Assembly: GCA_002104905.1 (NCBI GenBank)
Contig: MCFE01000150.1
Location: 62,001-126,000 of the forward strand
Direction of reading: 5' to 3'
Source of the DNA: Basidiobolus meristosporus CBS 931.73
Taxonomy: Eukaryota; Fungi; Basidiobolomycota
DNA: 64,000 bases
In this document: one piece after another, positions 50,301 through 62,250 of the stretch
How positions within the stretch are numbered: the first letter of the stretch is position 1
How the letters are laid out: the number at the start of each line of letters is the position of its first letter
Made by a program: the position numbers and the translations under genes
Notes under the pieces: generated by a model
Databases searched by the model: none
The model's input: only the letters and a program-made list of their open reading frames with translations
Told to the model about the DNA's origin: nothing

Positions 50301-51925
50301 CAGCCAAATATAATTTTTTTATTCATCAAATGGATGTAAAAACTGTATTGTTGAATGAAGAACTTGATGAGGCCATGTATATGGACCAGCCTTATGGGTT
50401 TTTTGACCAAGATAACCCCCATTTGGTCTGCAAGCTTAAAAAGTCACTCTATGGTCTCAAACAATCACCAAGAGCCTGGAATTGCAAGATGGATTCTTAT
50501 TTGGAATCTTTGAGTTTCAAAAGAAGTTATGCTGACTATAGTATATACTATAAGCCAGATATAGCAAATCCAGTTCTACTAGCTCTATATGTGGATGATC
50601 TTATTATAGCCACCAATAACCTAGAAACATTTGAAGAGACTAAGTCCAGCCTATCTAAGGAGTTCAAGATGTCCAATCTAGGAGAACTTAGTTACTACTT
50701 AGGGGTTAAATTCTCCATAGACAAAAGTACCCAGACTATCACCCTAAGTCAATCCAAGTATATTCAAGATATACTAAAGAAGTACAAAATGGAAGACTGT
50801 AAACCAGCAGCTACCTCTATGGAGACAAACCTTAACTTGGTCAAAACTCAACCAAATCAAGCAAGCTTGGTGCCATCTGAAAGCTCTGACTTTCCTTATC
50901 AATCTATGGTCAGCAGTTGGATGTATATCATGCTTGGAACACGTCCAGATATCTCATATTCAGTGGGAGTTGTCAGTCAACATAATCAGAACTATGGATC
51001 TGATCATGTTGCAGCAGTTAAGTGGATTTTTAGATACCTAAAAGGAACTGCTGATATCTGCTTAAGATGCACCTATAAGGATTCAGAACAGGATCTTGTG
51101 GGATACTCCAATGCTGATTAGGGACAAAATTTGGAAGACAGAAGATCCACCACAGGTTACACCTTTCTTTACTGTAAAGGAGCAATTTCATGAAATTCAA
51201 GAAAGCAAACAACTGTAGCACTTTCTACCACAGGGGCAGAGTACATGGCAGCCTGTAAAGCTACAAATGAAGCAATGTGGCTAAGAAAGCTTTTTACAGA
51301 CTTAGGCCTATGTCAAAAAATGGCTATTACTTTATTTCAAGATAATCAAGGATGTATACAATTAGGTAGAAATCCAACTTTTTGTGCAAGAACCAAGCAC
51401 ATAGATATCAGACATCATTTCACATGTGAAGCTATAGAAAATAACTTAGTTAGCTTAGTTTACTGTCCTACAGATGAAATGATTGCAGACATTTACCAAG
51501 CCATTAGCTAGAGACAAGTTTGAATATTTTAGGTCAAAATTAGGACTAGTCAGTGTTTACATTTAGCTGAGTGAGAGTGTTGTAAAAATTTGCATTTCCA
51601 CCTAAATATTCACCTAACTTAGTCACTTAGATCATCACCTTCAAATCCTAGAGAATACTGACCAAAACTCCTTGTTGGGATTTACTTGGAATATTTTCAC
51701 CAAAACACCAGGTACCCAGAACATGAAAATTCTCAAGTTGTCCAAACAGCCCCAAGCTTTGCACACATGTTCTTGGGACCTTCCTTAACCTATTCTGCAT
51801 GTTTGTTATGGCAAGACCAGGTAAAAGAATAAATACCACTTTTACATTCAATAAATCATTAAGTGAAACCACAAAATCTACTTGTTCTCCAAATCACTTC
51901 CAATATCTCCAAGACTCTTACAACA
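47367..51925 (+). mobile_element. Ty1/Copia F2, in tandem with F1; 3' LTR 51578-51925
   Basis: PBS 47596; colinear with F1; 348-bp TGTTG...CAACA LTR preceded by AGCTGAGTGAGAG. Confidence 0.92.
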
Positions 51926-52353
51926 CTATTGAAGGCAGAAGAGCAAAGTTATCACAGCTTAAAACCAGTGACTTCCTTAAGAGGCTGTCACAAGCAATGG
52001 AGAATTCTCTAATCAAGAGGCAAAGTAATGTCAGGCTCATGGAAGGGTAGGTAAGGGAAAAGCAGGCAGAAACAGATGCACCAATGCAGCATATATCAAG
52101 GAAAAACTGTAGTACAATACAAGAAGCACTCAGTTGGGTTAGCAGAGGAGGACCTGGTAGTGATAAAGGGAAAGGATAAAAGTCTATTCAATCCAGAAAC
52201 AGAGGAGCATGAGAAAAAAAGTTGCAGTTCTCACCAATTAATGCTATCAACATGGTACAGTTTGACTCCAATAATTGCTATGATGATTTACACACAAGGT
52301 GACAGCTGTTTTCACCAGAGTTAGGAGCCTAGTCAGTTGAGCTATACTACAGC

Positions 52354-52665
52354 TGTTGTAAGAGTTTTGTAAGATATGTGGCTTCACTTATTGACTTATC
52401 AGGTATGAAAATGGTATTCATACTTTGACAAGGTTGTGGCAACATACCCCCACAAAATCTGTTCAGGAAGGTCCCAAGAATACATGAGCAAAGTCTATAA
52501 GCCCTTGGGCAACTAGGGGATTCTAGTGTTCTGGGTACATAGCATCTTAGTGAGAACATCCCTGGTAAATCCCCACAAAGAATTTTGTCTTGGGAAAGCT
52601 CATAAACCAAGATCCAAGTAGTCAAGTGGAGGTAAATATTAGGTGTAATTCCGAAATTTCCAACG
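52354..52665 (-). mobile_element. Diverged solo LTR related to Copia F
   Basis: Both ends align to the reverse complement of the F LTR termini; no TSD found. Confidence 0.65.
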
Positions 52666-52765
52666 TTATAGAGGCTTCACGAATATAGGAGATTGATTGA
52701 ACCATCAGGGCCCCGCCCAACTCCCAGTAGGAGTATGCTTCAACAGGGATCTGGATATGGAATAT

Positions 52766-53317
52766 GAGGAAACCCAACGGATTCGTGACACTAAACTTGG
52801 TCGACTTGTTATAGATGGTAGGGCCCAATTGATGGAGCAAATCTAGCGCATCTCCCTTCCTGCCAAGGAATCCCAAATCATCGATCATTTCCGCACTACT
52901 TTGAAAGATGAGGTTGGTAAAATCAAGCCGGTGCCAAAACAAACAACTAACGGCCAAAGAACCCGCTGCAAGACGTTTGTCCTCATCCGGGACTCCAACG
53001 GTCATGTCCGACTCGATGTCAGGTGCGCGAACGGAGTGGCGACTGCAATACGTAGCGCCATCGTCCTTGCTAAGCTTAACATCAGCCCAGCGCGCTGCAG
53101 GATCTGGTACTCCCGCTGCCCTCAACCCCAAAGTACTTTGCAACTTACTGGTATTACCGACGGCTACATTACCGCTCGTGGCTCAACCCGTACTTTGGGG
53201 AACTCTATCAAGGCAACATTTGTAGCCGTCGGCCATACTTGCGCTTTCTTGGCCCCTGATCTGTGGGCCGAGTCGGTTCCCCCACGGGTCCCTACCAAGA
53301 AACCTCGGACCACCTGA
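52766..53317 (+). pseudogene. RPS2: 40S ribosomal protein S2 (uS5) pseudogene
   Basis: TKLGRLV..SLPAKESQIID..LKDEV.KIKPV.KQT..GQRTR..DSNGHV..TRTLGN.IKATF..F L.PDLW; in-frame TAG at 52844; ~30-codon internal deletion; N-terminus missing; no introns. Confidence 0.9.
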
Positions 53318-53631
53318 GCAAGGCTTAGGATAACGCCGAGCGACAGTCCAATCCGACTACGGGGTCGCTTTAGACGCCAGTGTCGCGTGTCAACCCAACC
53401 ATATTGAATCCACTTTTATTGTACACAATCTATACTTTCACACGAGCCCAGAGATCTCAAGTTTGCTGATTTATCCGATGATCAGAAACAATAGATTACT
53501 ATTTCACGAAATATACAAGTCCCGCACGGGTGGCCACCGACTCCGCACAGCTAAGGATGGTCTGGAGGCGTAGTTCACCCTTGGAGCACGGAATCCGCAC
53601 CCTTATCACCTGAATGCCATCAACGGGAACC

Positions 53632-55427
53632 CTAGTTTTGAATGAAATTCGCCACTTCAAAGCAGATGGTGGTGATGCCGATCAGGATTTCGGCGGCTTT
53701 TACGGGTTGCAAGGTATGGTTGGTCTAGGTTCTTCGGGCGAAGTGGGAGTAGGGGCAGGAAGGCGCTTACCAATCAATATGATCACGATGTATTCCAGGG
53801 TCTCTCCTGTGGGCGAAACGATGTTTAGTGCAGTGAAAAGCGATTTATCAAGGGCGGCAGGGTTACCGTGGTTGCTGTTCAAGTGGTCCTTCAGCATCTC
53901 CAGCAGATCATTGATCACCGTGACTCTCTGGTTCAGCAGCTCAGCTCTCTGGGAGATCTCCAAGTACCCTGGATAAGAGGTGGATCAATATCGCGATCTT
54001 CAAGGCAACCAGTATGCCCACACACCTCGTATAGCACTGTACAGTGGCTGCTGTGCAGGTTCCGACCAGAATATCTCCGGCGTATCTAGAATGTTACTCA
54101 CCAGGTTCACGTTGATTCTCACGATGAAGAGCTTGTGAGAGTAAGTAAGGAGAGGAGATGGTCGGGACCCAAATGAGCAATTTACCTGACCAATCTTCGA
54201 GGTGATCGCATTTCTGATGCAGATATGGACAAAGCAGATTCAGCCGATGCTGTTCCGGGGGATTGGTGGAGACTACGTACCTGGACAGATGTACCTTCCC
54301 TGTCTCGGCCATGATCTGCGGGATGTGCTTCGTGTCATGGATGGTCTGGTCGACCAAATCCTCAAATAAAGTCATCTTCACCGACTGGGCAATGGCATGC
54401 GATATAGTCAACTTGACCATGTAGTTCCTAGGGTTCTTCAGCGATATGATGTCGTTGTAGATACTGCCAGACCCAAGTTAGCACGGCACCCTACCATGTG
54501 AAGAGACAGCAATCTTACCAGGGCTGGCACGAGGGGTCATACTGAAAGTTCAGCTCCTCCACCTTGATGCCCGACTCCTCTGCTCAAAGGTGATGCAACG
54601 TTTAATTTAAAGAGGAAGGCAAGCCGATCAGGCGAAGGGAACTTCCAAATTACCTAGTTTCTCTTGCTCAAACGCCTCGATTTCCATCAGAAGCTCTCGC
54701 TCCTGGAGCTCAGAGAATCCCCACATCACAATCACTCCGTAGTCAAAGAAAAATAGCTCCCCGATTTTCAAGGACTCGTCCATCTCGGGGGTCAGGCTTG
54801 GCGACTTCGCCTCTGTGAGTGGGGATGTCTTGGCTGATCCCGGGGAGTATGTGGCATTGATTTGGATGATCGTTGATTTGCTCTCGAACTCTAAAGATAT
54901 GGTCGCGTAAAGGCTAAACAGGTGTGAGGTCAGTGGATCGGGGCCCTGGGTTGACTGGCTGGTAGCCTACATACCACTCGTCTATTCGCTTGGGAGCAAT
55001 GTTGATGATGCTGTGTCTCCTGTTCTGCAGGTACTTCTGCAGCATGTCCATCCTGTACGAGCTATAAGGATGATTAGTAACCCTGATTAGCCCATGAGCC
55101 CACAGGAGATACCCACTTGGCTGTACAATAGGCCGTGACTCTCGGAAGATCCGTACGCTTCAGTTGAATCATCTTTTTCGCCTGCTGGGTACTCTGAATA
55201 GGTATCTGGGATATTTGGTTGTATACCTCCTCATCGCTGAAATTCTCCGTGACAAAGGCATCGTTTCCCTCGTCGGGAAACAACGCCAGCTTCTGGGAGA
55301 TCTTCGTTGTTCGGTTCGGGTGGGCTGACCGGTCACTGGAATCCTCCAGCGTCGAGTTGTAGGCGACCTTCTGCTGAATCATGCTCTGGGCAGAGAGTCT
55401 TTTTTTCCGATCGGTTTTCGGGTGCAT
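53632..55427 (-). CDS. RMD1: RMD1/Sif2-family DUF155 protein; exons 55427-55117, 55061-54975, 54913-54654, 54579-54519, 54463-54281, 54213-54186, 54131-54026, 53968-53867, 53806-53771, 53696-53632
   Basis: Manual splicing at GT-AG sites gives a continuous frame with LPRVTAYCTA, ELFFFDYGVIVMWGF, IYNDII, KLTISHAIAQSVK, LDTPEIFWSEP, YLEISQR.ELLNQR, LEYIVIILI. Confidence 0.9.
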
Positions 55428-58400
55428 GTTGTGTGACGGGATGGGTTGAGAGTACGAACAAAGCAATTTCGCCACTACAATGCGAAGAAAGAAGAGTTCG
55501 GCGGGTGTGGTATCGGGTCATTGCGTTCTCGCCGGGTTATTTATTCGCACGCGTTTTCCACACTGCCCGCTCTGCGTCGATTCTGCATTGTCGGCAAGGC
55601 AAGGGCCTAGGAATCGTTGATAGATTCCAATCTGATGCATTTGCCACCTTCTCTATCATTCGAATGCAAAGGCGCACCCTCAATCGAGGATCTAGGCGGA
55701 TCCTCTCTGAATCATATTGGAGGCTGCACTTGCACCCACGTATTTGTTGAGGTAGTCTGATCGTGGTCCGATCCCCGCAAAATCCCATGCCTAATGGCTT
55801 CATGTTGATCATGCAAGATGCCATCTCAGTTTACTTTATTTATTAAATTTCAATGAACCGGCCTAGCAAAAACCTGATTGATGTTTGACATTACCCACCG
55901 CATGCCTTATTTGGACATGTATCTGAGCGACCTTACGCATCAGGCCTGGTCGTTTACTAGCGTTTAGGTTTTATCAACCTCACCTGCAGCCATGCTTAGC
56001 CAAATACCGCATACTAAATGATTGCCTGATTTGCCTGCTGGAAAAACTCTCTCCTACTTGTTTCATAGGTCGCCAGGTTGTACCCCACGCCAGATATACA
56101 CCGCCTGTGTCGCACAAAGGCTGACGACTATGAGCCTGTCGCCGAAGTCGATTCGTAATCGCCGATGGCTCTTTACTCTTGGCCTGGACATGTCACTATA
56201 AGGTATGGTTTTTGGCTCCATTTGATGAGGCGATTGTTCGGCGCCAGCGTGTGGGCCCTCCCTGTACGGGAATGCTGGTGACGCCGGGTGGGACACACGG
56301 TACCATGGCAAGTGACCTTGTGAGATCCAGGCTGGTCGCCACGATCTTTATTTATGTGCTACTGGACACCAAGCTGGTAGCCTTACTGAGCGTTAGGCAC
56401 CTAGATATCGTGTAGCTCCTGGAGACCTTGCAAGCGGTTCTCTAGACGGTTGATTCCGTGGACTGTTGTCATGTTTGCCTGGAAGGACCAATGCAATCCC
56501 ACACCCGCCAAATCTCTTCGTTTGTTGTAGTGAACATCCTGCCCACGATGGGTCGAGCGCTAAAAAGTCTGTGAAACAGCCAAGGTCGCACCGTACTATC
56601 CTATATCATTCCAGAAAATCCTTCTGACCCACCGAGACTCGAAAGTGCTAAAACAAACTCCACTCGGATTTAATGGAAGGGTGTCACCAGCGCGTGCCTG
56701 TTACCACCACCCATTCCTAGTTCCAAGAGCTACTCAGAACCTCACCAGTAAGGAAAGTCTCTATTTTGTTCACATCCCATTCAGCGATTGCGTACGTAAC
56801 GTAGGATATATCGGAATCTCAAGGGCTACGGCATATCAGCGACGAATATTTTCACCATAGCCCCTCAGTGTTGGGTGGACCAAGGGAGCCCACCCTTCAC
56901 TGGCGTACATTGGCTGCATCATCCAGGACAGTGACATCCGCTTAGTGATGTGGCTGCTATCATAGAAATAGCCCACATCTTCAGTAGCAACGAGTATAGC
57001 TTCGCCGCACAGAAAGCTCCGTCAACGACATCAGCAATGGTAGGGAAGTGCAGGCAGACGCCCGACTGTAGCTTCTGTGAGGGTTCCTTATCTTCGGGTG
57101 GCACAAAGTTGCCGCCTGCAAAGATTTATCAATATCTATCTGCTAGATCTTGTTCAAAAGCAATAGCGGCTTCCCCATTTAGCTAGTCAGCATTTACGAA
57201 TCCAACAGTGGATTTGCCAACATCGAACACCATATTAGGATGCCCTACAGAGAAAGATCGAGGGATCAGGCGTGTAGAACCCAGCATCACCTAGCAGAAG
57301 GGATTTTATCTTGGCACATCGAGGAATGTGTACACCTTCCTCTAGAGGCAACCTTGGATAACATGATTCAACCGGCGCCCTATCACGGGGATGAAATCGA
57401 TTCTCTTATTAATAAGACCACTGCCTCTAGGGGTAATCATGTAACACGTTCAGTATGATTAGTAAGGGGAAACCGCGCAATTCTTATTCCGATACATACC
57501 GATGGGATGAGATTATTGGAGTTTGGATCCTGGTTCACTGTAATATCCCCGTATTCACCGCTCAGCCATGAAAGGTTGGAGGTTTAGGGTTGAAGTGAGT
57601 GTTACTTGACACAGCGATGGACCCCTTCCAATAGCCGCGCTGCATGGAGTAGATTTCATCTGCAGTTCACCATTGCAAATCGAATGATCATTCCACATCC
57701 AACACCAGATACCAAAAGCTCTAAATTGTGAGGACGTTCCCAGTCTTTTCTATCTAGATATCCGCTCCGGGAACATGCGGGAAACTCGATTTCGCCTTGT
57801 GTAGATCACACAACGTAGTAGGACTCGTCGTTGTGTGTGAGAGCAATGCGGCAACGCAAAAACACTCCAAGCAGGCAGCGCCGTTGGTTAGACACCAATC
57901 TCAACTCACTACTCGCTCAGGGCTGGAACAACAAGGATTTTGGGGATATGTGGGCCGGAGCAGGAGTATTGTGTGCGATTGGAGTGACTGCTCGGATGGC
58001 TGCTGTAAGGATGTGGAGGCCTAATGGGACTAATCCCCGTCCACAAAAGTTAGGAGGCGGCCCATTCCAGATGGGAGATAGGACCCCAATACCTAGTCCA
58101 TGTAGACTGTACAGCGCGCTAGATGGTAAATCTGCTTTGAGCCTGATGTCGAATGAAATGAGATCCCGGAATAGTAGATATGTATGCCTGATTGGATTGG
58201 ATTTTCACCTCTATTGGTTCACCCGTAGTATAATTATAGTTTGAGCGGAAGCTTATTCTCCTGCTAGAATTGTAAGGTTCTCATTAGTATCATTTCACAG
58301 ACACAAATATTCCCCGATCCTCGACGCTGGCCAATGGGGCGAACGCCATGGGTGGCACACCGAATCCGAATTATCTTATCGACCTTGCTTGTTAACTGCC

Positions 58401-58647
58401 CTTGGTGAATTCATGTCCATATTCAGCAGCCATTCGTCGAAATCGGATCCGCTACAGCCGTAATGGGCAATATCACCATACGCTGTCAAATCTAATCAAT
58501 GGGATTGATACCTAGCACCCGCCCTCCCTGCCATCTAGCCAACTGGTGCCAGGCTGAAAACTGAATAATCGGATTTACTCTCGAATTCTTCCTCATCTTG
58601 ATCTACCGGATTTTTGACTTGATCTAGGTTGGGTGGTAGGCAGCAGA

Positions 58648-58654
58648 TATAAAA
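58648..58654 (+). promoter_or_regulatory. TATA-like box upstream of the bZIP gene
   Basis: TATAAAA about 125 nt before the ATG at 58775. Confidence 0.5.
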
Positions 58655-58774
58655 GCAGGAGCCACTCATCGACCATTGACCGGACTTTCTCTTTCTTCAC
58701 CAAAACACTCCACCAGACCTACACGGGTACTTTCACCGTGCCATTTTGCCTTGCCCAGCAGCCATTCACTTGAA

Positions 58775-59604
58775 ATGAATCATGATTTAATGCATCAACG
58801 AGCTCTCTCCGGAGGCCATGATTACCATCAGTTTCATGTCCACGACGGGCAATCCAGGAATAGTTTACATCTCTGGAGCTCTGTTGTGGAGTCGTGCCTC
58901 GGCCCAGACCCAACCTCCTTTGGAGCTGTGAATGAGTTCCCCGTCAATTGCACACTAGGTAACCCCGTTTATATCCAGCGTATCTCCCTAACATTGCTAA
59001 CCAAGCCTGATGCTTAGCAACCAATGTCCTACGCGAAGACTCGACCCTAATGTCCAACAGCCACCTCTCTAATTTCGTATATTCACTCAATCCACAAACC
59101 CACCTTCCCTATTCACCTGATGTTGCTCCTACACCCGCCACAACTGGGGTCGCCTCACATGCACTACACACACCAAAGTCCTACTGGGGGGCTCACAACT
59201 ATGCTCCTATACTGCCCAATGGTGACCCGTATACCAACCTCCCGGTCATGAGCCCCGTTGTCCCCAGAAGAAGACGGGGTTCAAGCCGGGAAACATCGAT
59301 GACTCCATCCATGAGTAATCCAGAGCTATCAGCCAGATTGGAGAGCGACGAGGACAAAAGAAAAAGAAATACGGCGGCCTCGGCGCGCTTCCGCATCAAG
59401 AAGAAGCTCCGCGAGCAGGCGCTAGAGCAAACAGCCAAAGACATGTCCACCAAGGCCAACATGCTTGAGAGGAAGGTGAAAGAGCTGGAGAAAGAGATCA
59501 AGTGGCTCCAGTCCCTGTTAATCGACAGAGATCCGCACTTCATGGATCACCAGTCACCCTTCAGGAAGCGACCCTCCGAAGGGGTCACCGCCACCGCTCC
59601 CTAA
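58775..59604 (+). CDS. bZIP transcription factor, MetR/CYS-3/Zip1-like; exon 1 58775-58958, exon 2 59018-59604 (~256 aa)
   Basis: Basic region KRKRNTAASARFRIKKKLREQALE plus leucine zipper; 59-nt intron GTAACC...GCTAAC...TAG joins the upstream ORF in frame to ORF 59050-59604. Confidence 0.85.
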
Positions 59605-61869
59605 ATCCACACTCGCCAATTTACCGCTTGCTTAGCGGGTGTTAGTGCCCGTTACGTGCATGAGCAGCGTCTTTCATCAAAAAGTGTATATATATAGCCA
59701 TCACTCCTCTAGGTTAATTTAGACCATTCTTCATGAATCAAGCTATCCGTACCAGTAGCTTCTCTAATACAGGACGTTCTTCAGTTTTCAATCTATGTGC
59801 ACACTGGCAACAGTTAAGCAATGCTGATGGGCTCTCGGTTCATCGGCATCCTTCCTCCTACGACTGCATGTTGCGTACCCAGTATCCAGCATTCACATCT
59901 GAACCCCCCTTTGGAGTGTACATAGGATGCTAGGCTATCTGTTGAATAAATGACACTAATGTCCAATATAAGTCACCCATTTAAGCAACCATTCTGTGAT
60001 ACGGAGAAGTGTATTACACATCGCAAGAAGTCATTCCATGTCCCTGGCTTATGACACCATCAGGTTGACCTGGCCCGCTTGCTCCGTTGTTGAACATCCC
60101 GGGCTCGGGCTCGGGCTGGATCGTCAGCTGAGCCATTTCAGGGATGGCTATGAGACCTCATGTTTCAGATTGGCATTCCACCAAGCTATATGTCAAGATC
60201 ATGGTGAATGTTTGTCGGCTATGGTGACCCTACTACGGTAAAGGGAAGGCAATCCCCATTCCTAATGATTCCGCCATGGCACAAGATATGATGTTCAGAG
60301 ATGGCGTACAGCCAGATAGGGAGCACACGGATATGGATAGGCACCATGCGAACCCTATAGCCCTGGAATGAGTCATCGCAGTACGAATGATCCGATGGAT
60401 GTAGCGATGCTAATGGACGCGTGTCTATTGCATGAACAAACAACTCTTCAGGAGCCCGGAGTTGGATGTGAGCCGTGAATCTGTTGAGAAATTACGCGGA
60501 CGTGGGAAGAATGACATCCACCCCCATGGTATCGGTAACTTCATTTGCTTAACCAATCCCTGGGCCTTGACCTATTGGCGCCGGCGGCTTAGAAACGTTT
60601 GTTGGCAAGGGCTGCTCGCGGAATAGGCCAATACTACGAGATAAGCAATCTGGCAAGGCAACGCAGACCTATTCAAACGATCACTTAATTGGACAAGTCA
60701 CTCTTGATTGGATGGAGGAACCTTGTTTGCCTAGGAAATCAGTCCACTTTGGAAATAATCATACTCCTCCGTATGACCTGGCTGCCATTTTGATGGCATG
60801 CCATCCACTGCCTATCACACCACCACGAAGCCCGCTCCACTCTGCCGATTGGACCACTCGAACATCAGAATGGGATCTGAGTACATAATAAAGTAATAAA
60901 TCAGGACCTCATGCTGTCGATCCAAAGATAGCATGTGGTGACAAGCCAAGTCAACCTAACACAGCTTGCTCTAATTAGAGGAGAACATGATACGTGATTC
61001 CATATGGGCGGTGTGTAGATCCCCTGGATATAGGAGAATCTTGTTTGGTGCAGGGTAGTGGTCGGGGAAGGCAAGATTTTCGTACACACTTTGGGAGTAG
61101 GTATACTTGATACACCATACAAAACAGATCTATCGCCATTGTGATGTACATATGGGGAATCCCCTACTGCTCATAGCAAGCGAGATTGCCCGTTGGTATG
61201 TCTCTACAAGCATCCAGCTAACACACCTCGAGCAGTCTTTATGTATCCGAGCGAACATCAACTCAACTCACCAACTCACCTAAACGATGATAAATGGCCA
61301 TCATCCATTACAACTGTACCCTGAAAAACGAACCCCACATGCTCGCCAACTTGAACTCATGGCTACGCCATATAAATGATGGGTATTGCTGAAGAGACAT
61401 TTTGAATAGCACGGGTGATTCATGGAGTTTAAAAGCATATCGGACAACCCCCCCACGCGACGGTCACTTACTAACGTACCAAGTGGAGGAGTTCTCCAAA
61501 CGCCTTGGGTGAGAATCCATGGACTATTTGAGGGAGAAGGGTGTACTTGAGCATACCAAAATACTAAGCTATTCCAGGGCAAAATAGTGTAGGTACTTCC
61601 CTTCCCAACACTGTTCTTAGTTCAATTCTATCAGGACATCCACAGCAGTGCTACTAAAGCTTACTCCCAACTGCGCCCTACTGGTTGTAAAAATAGGCGT
61701 AGAGGTCATCATCAGCCCATCACTTGAGATGTACACAGTCCCTGAGCTGATTCATCCACCAGCCATCTGGAGCCTGGCTGGATCGGCTCTCAGCATATAT
61801 AAGGGCGTTGTGTTTCTGAGAACTTGCACTTATTCTTGCCTTGAGCGTGTTCGTTAGCCCAAACGGCCC

Positions 61870-62250
61870 TGGCGCACCTCTATCTACTCTATCGCTACCT
61901 AACAGTGTCTGCTGATAAATGGGCAACATTGGGCTATGCTCATACAATGACACCATCCATATAGCCAGAAACAGGAACTGAGTTGTGTCTGTGTCAGCAA
62001 TGAAACAGGTTGCATGGAATCATTTCCATGAGTAGATGGTGTACCAAGCTATCTCAGTGTCACTCTGCCCATTGGATCCATAGATTCGGACCAATCACCA
62101 ACAAAATAAGCGCAGATTAACAGTCAAGGATCACATATTGACCTTCCTCGGAAGGTTCCCAATATGTCCATCGTGGTATGAGAAAGGTGCATAGACATTA
62201 ATGACCTGTACTCAACCGCAATTCCTATAGCATCAGCCGTCATAGTCTAG
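61870..62250 (-). pseudogene. Possible ancient LINE APE-endonuclease relic
   Basis: VINVYAP (62185-62205), FVGDW (62091-62108) and RVDR (61879-61890) in the expected order, broken by stops and frameshifts. Confidence 0.3.

Noticed and set aside
53700-53963. ORF-track proteins that read through RMD1 introns (also 54094-54420 and the ends of 55074-55475)
   Set aside because: Their non-homologous parts are intron or UTR translations; superseded by the spliced model
55900-58600. Short ORFs of 60-137 aa between RMD1 and the bZIP
   Set aside because: No recognisable domains or consistent exon chain; treated as intergenic, though a small spliced gene cannot be excluded
59700-61800. Short ORFs downstream of the bZIP
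   Set aside because: No family motifs; overlapping on both strands as expected by chance
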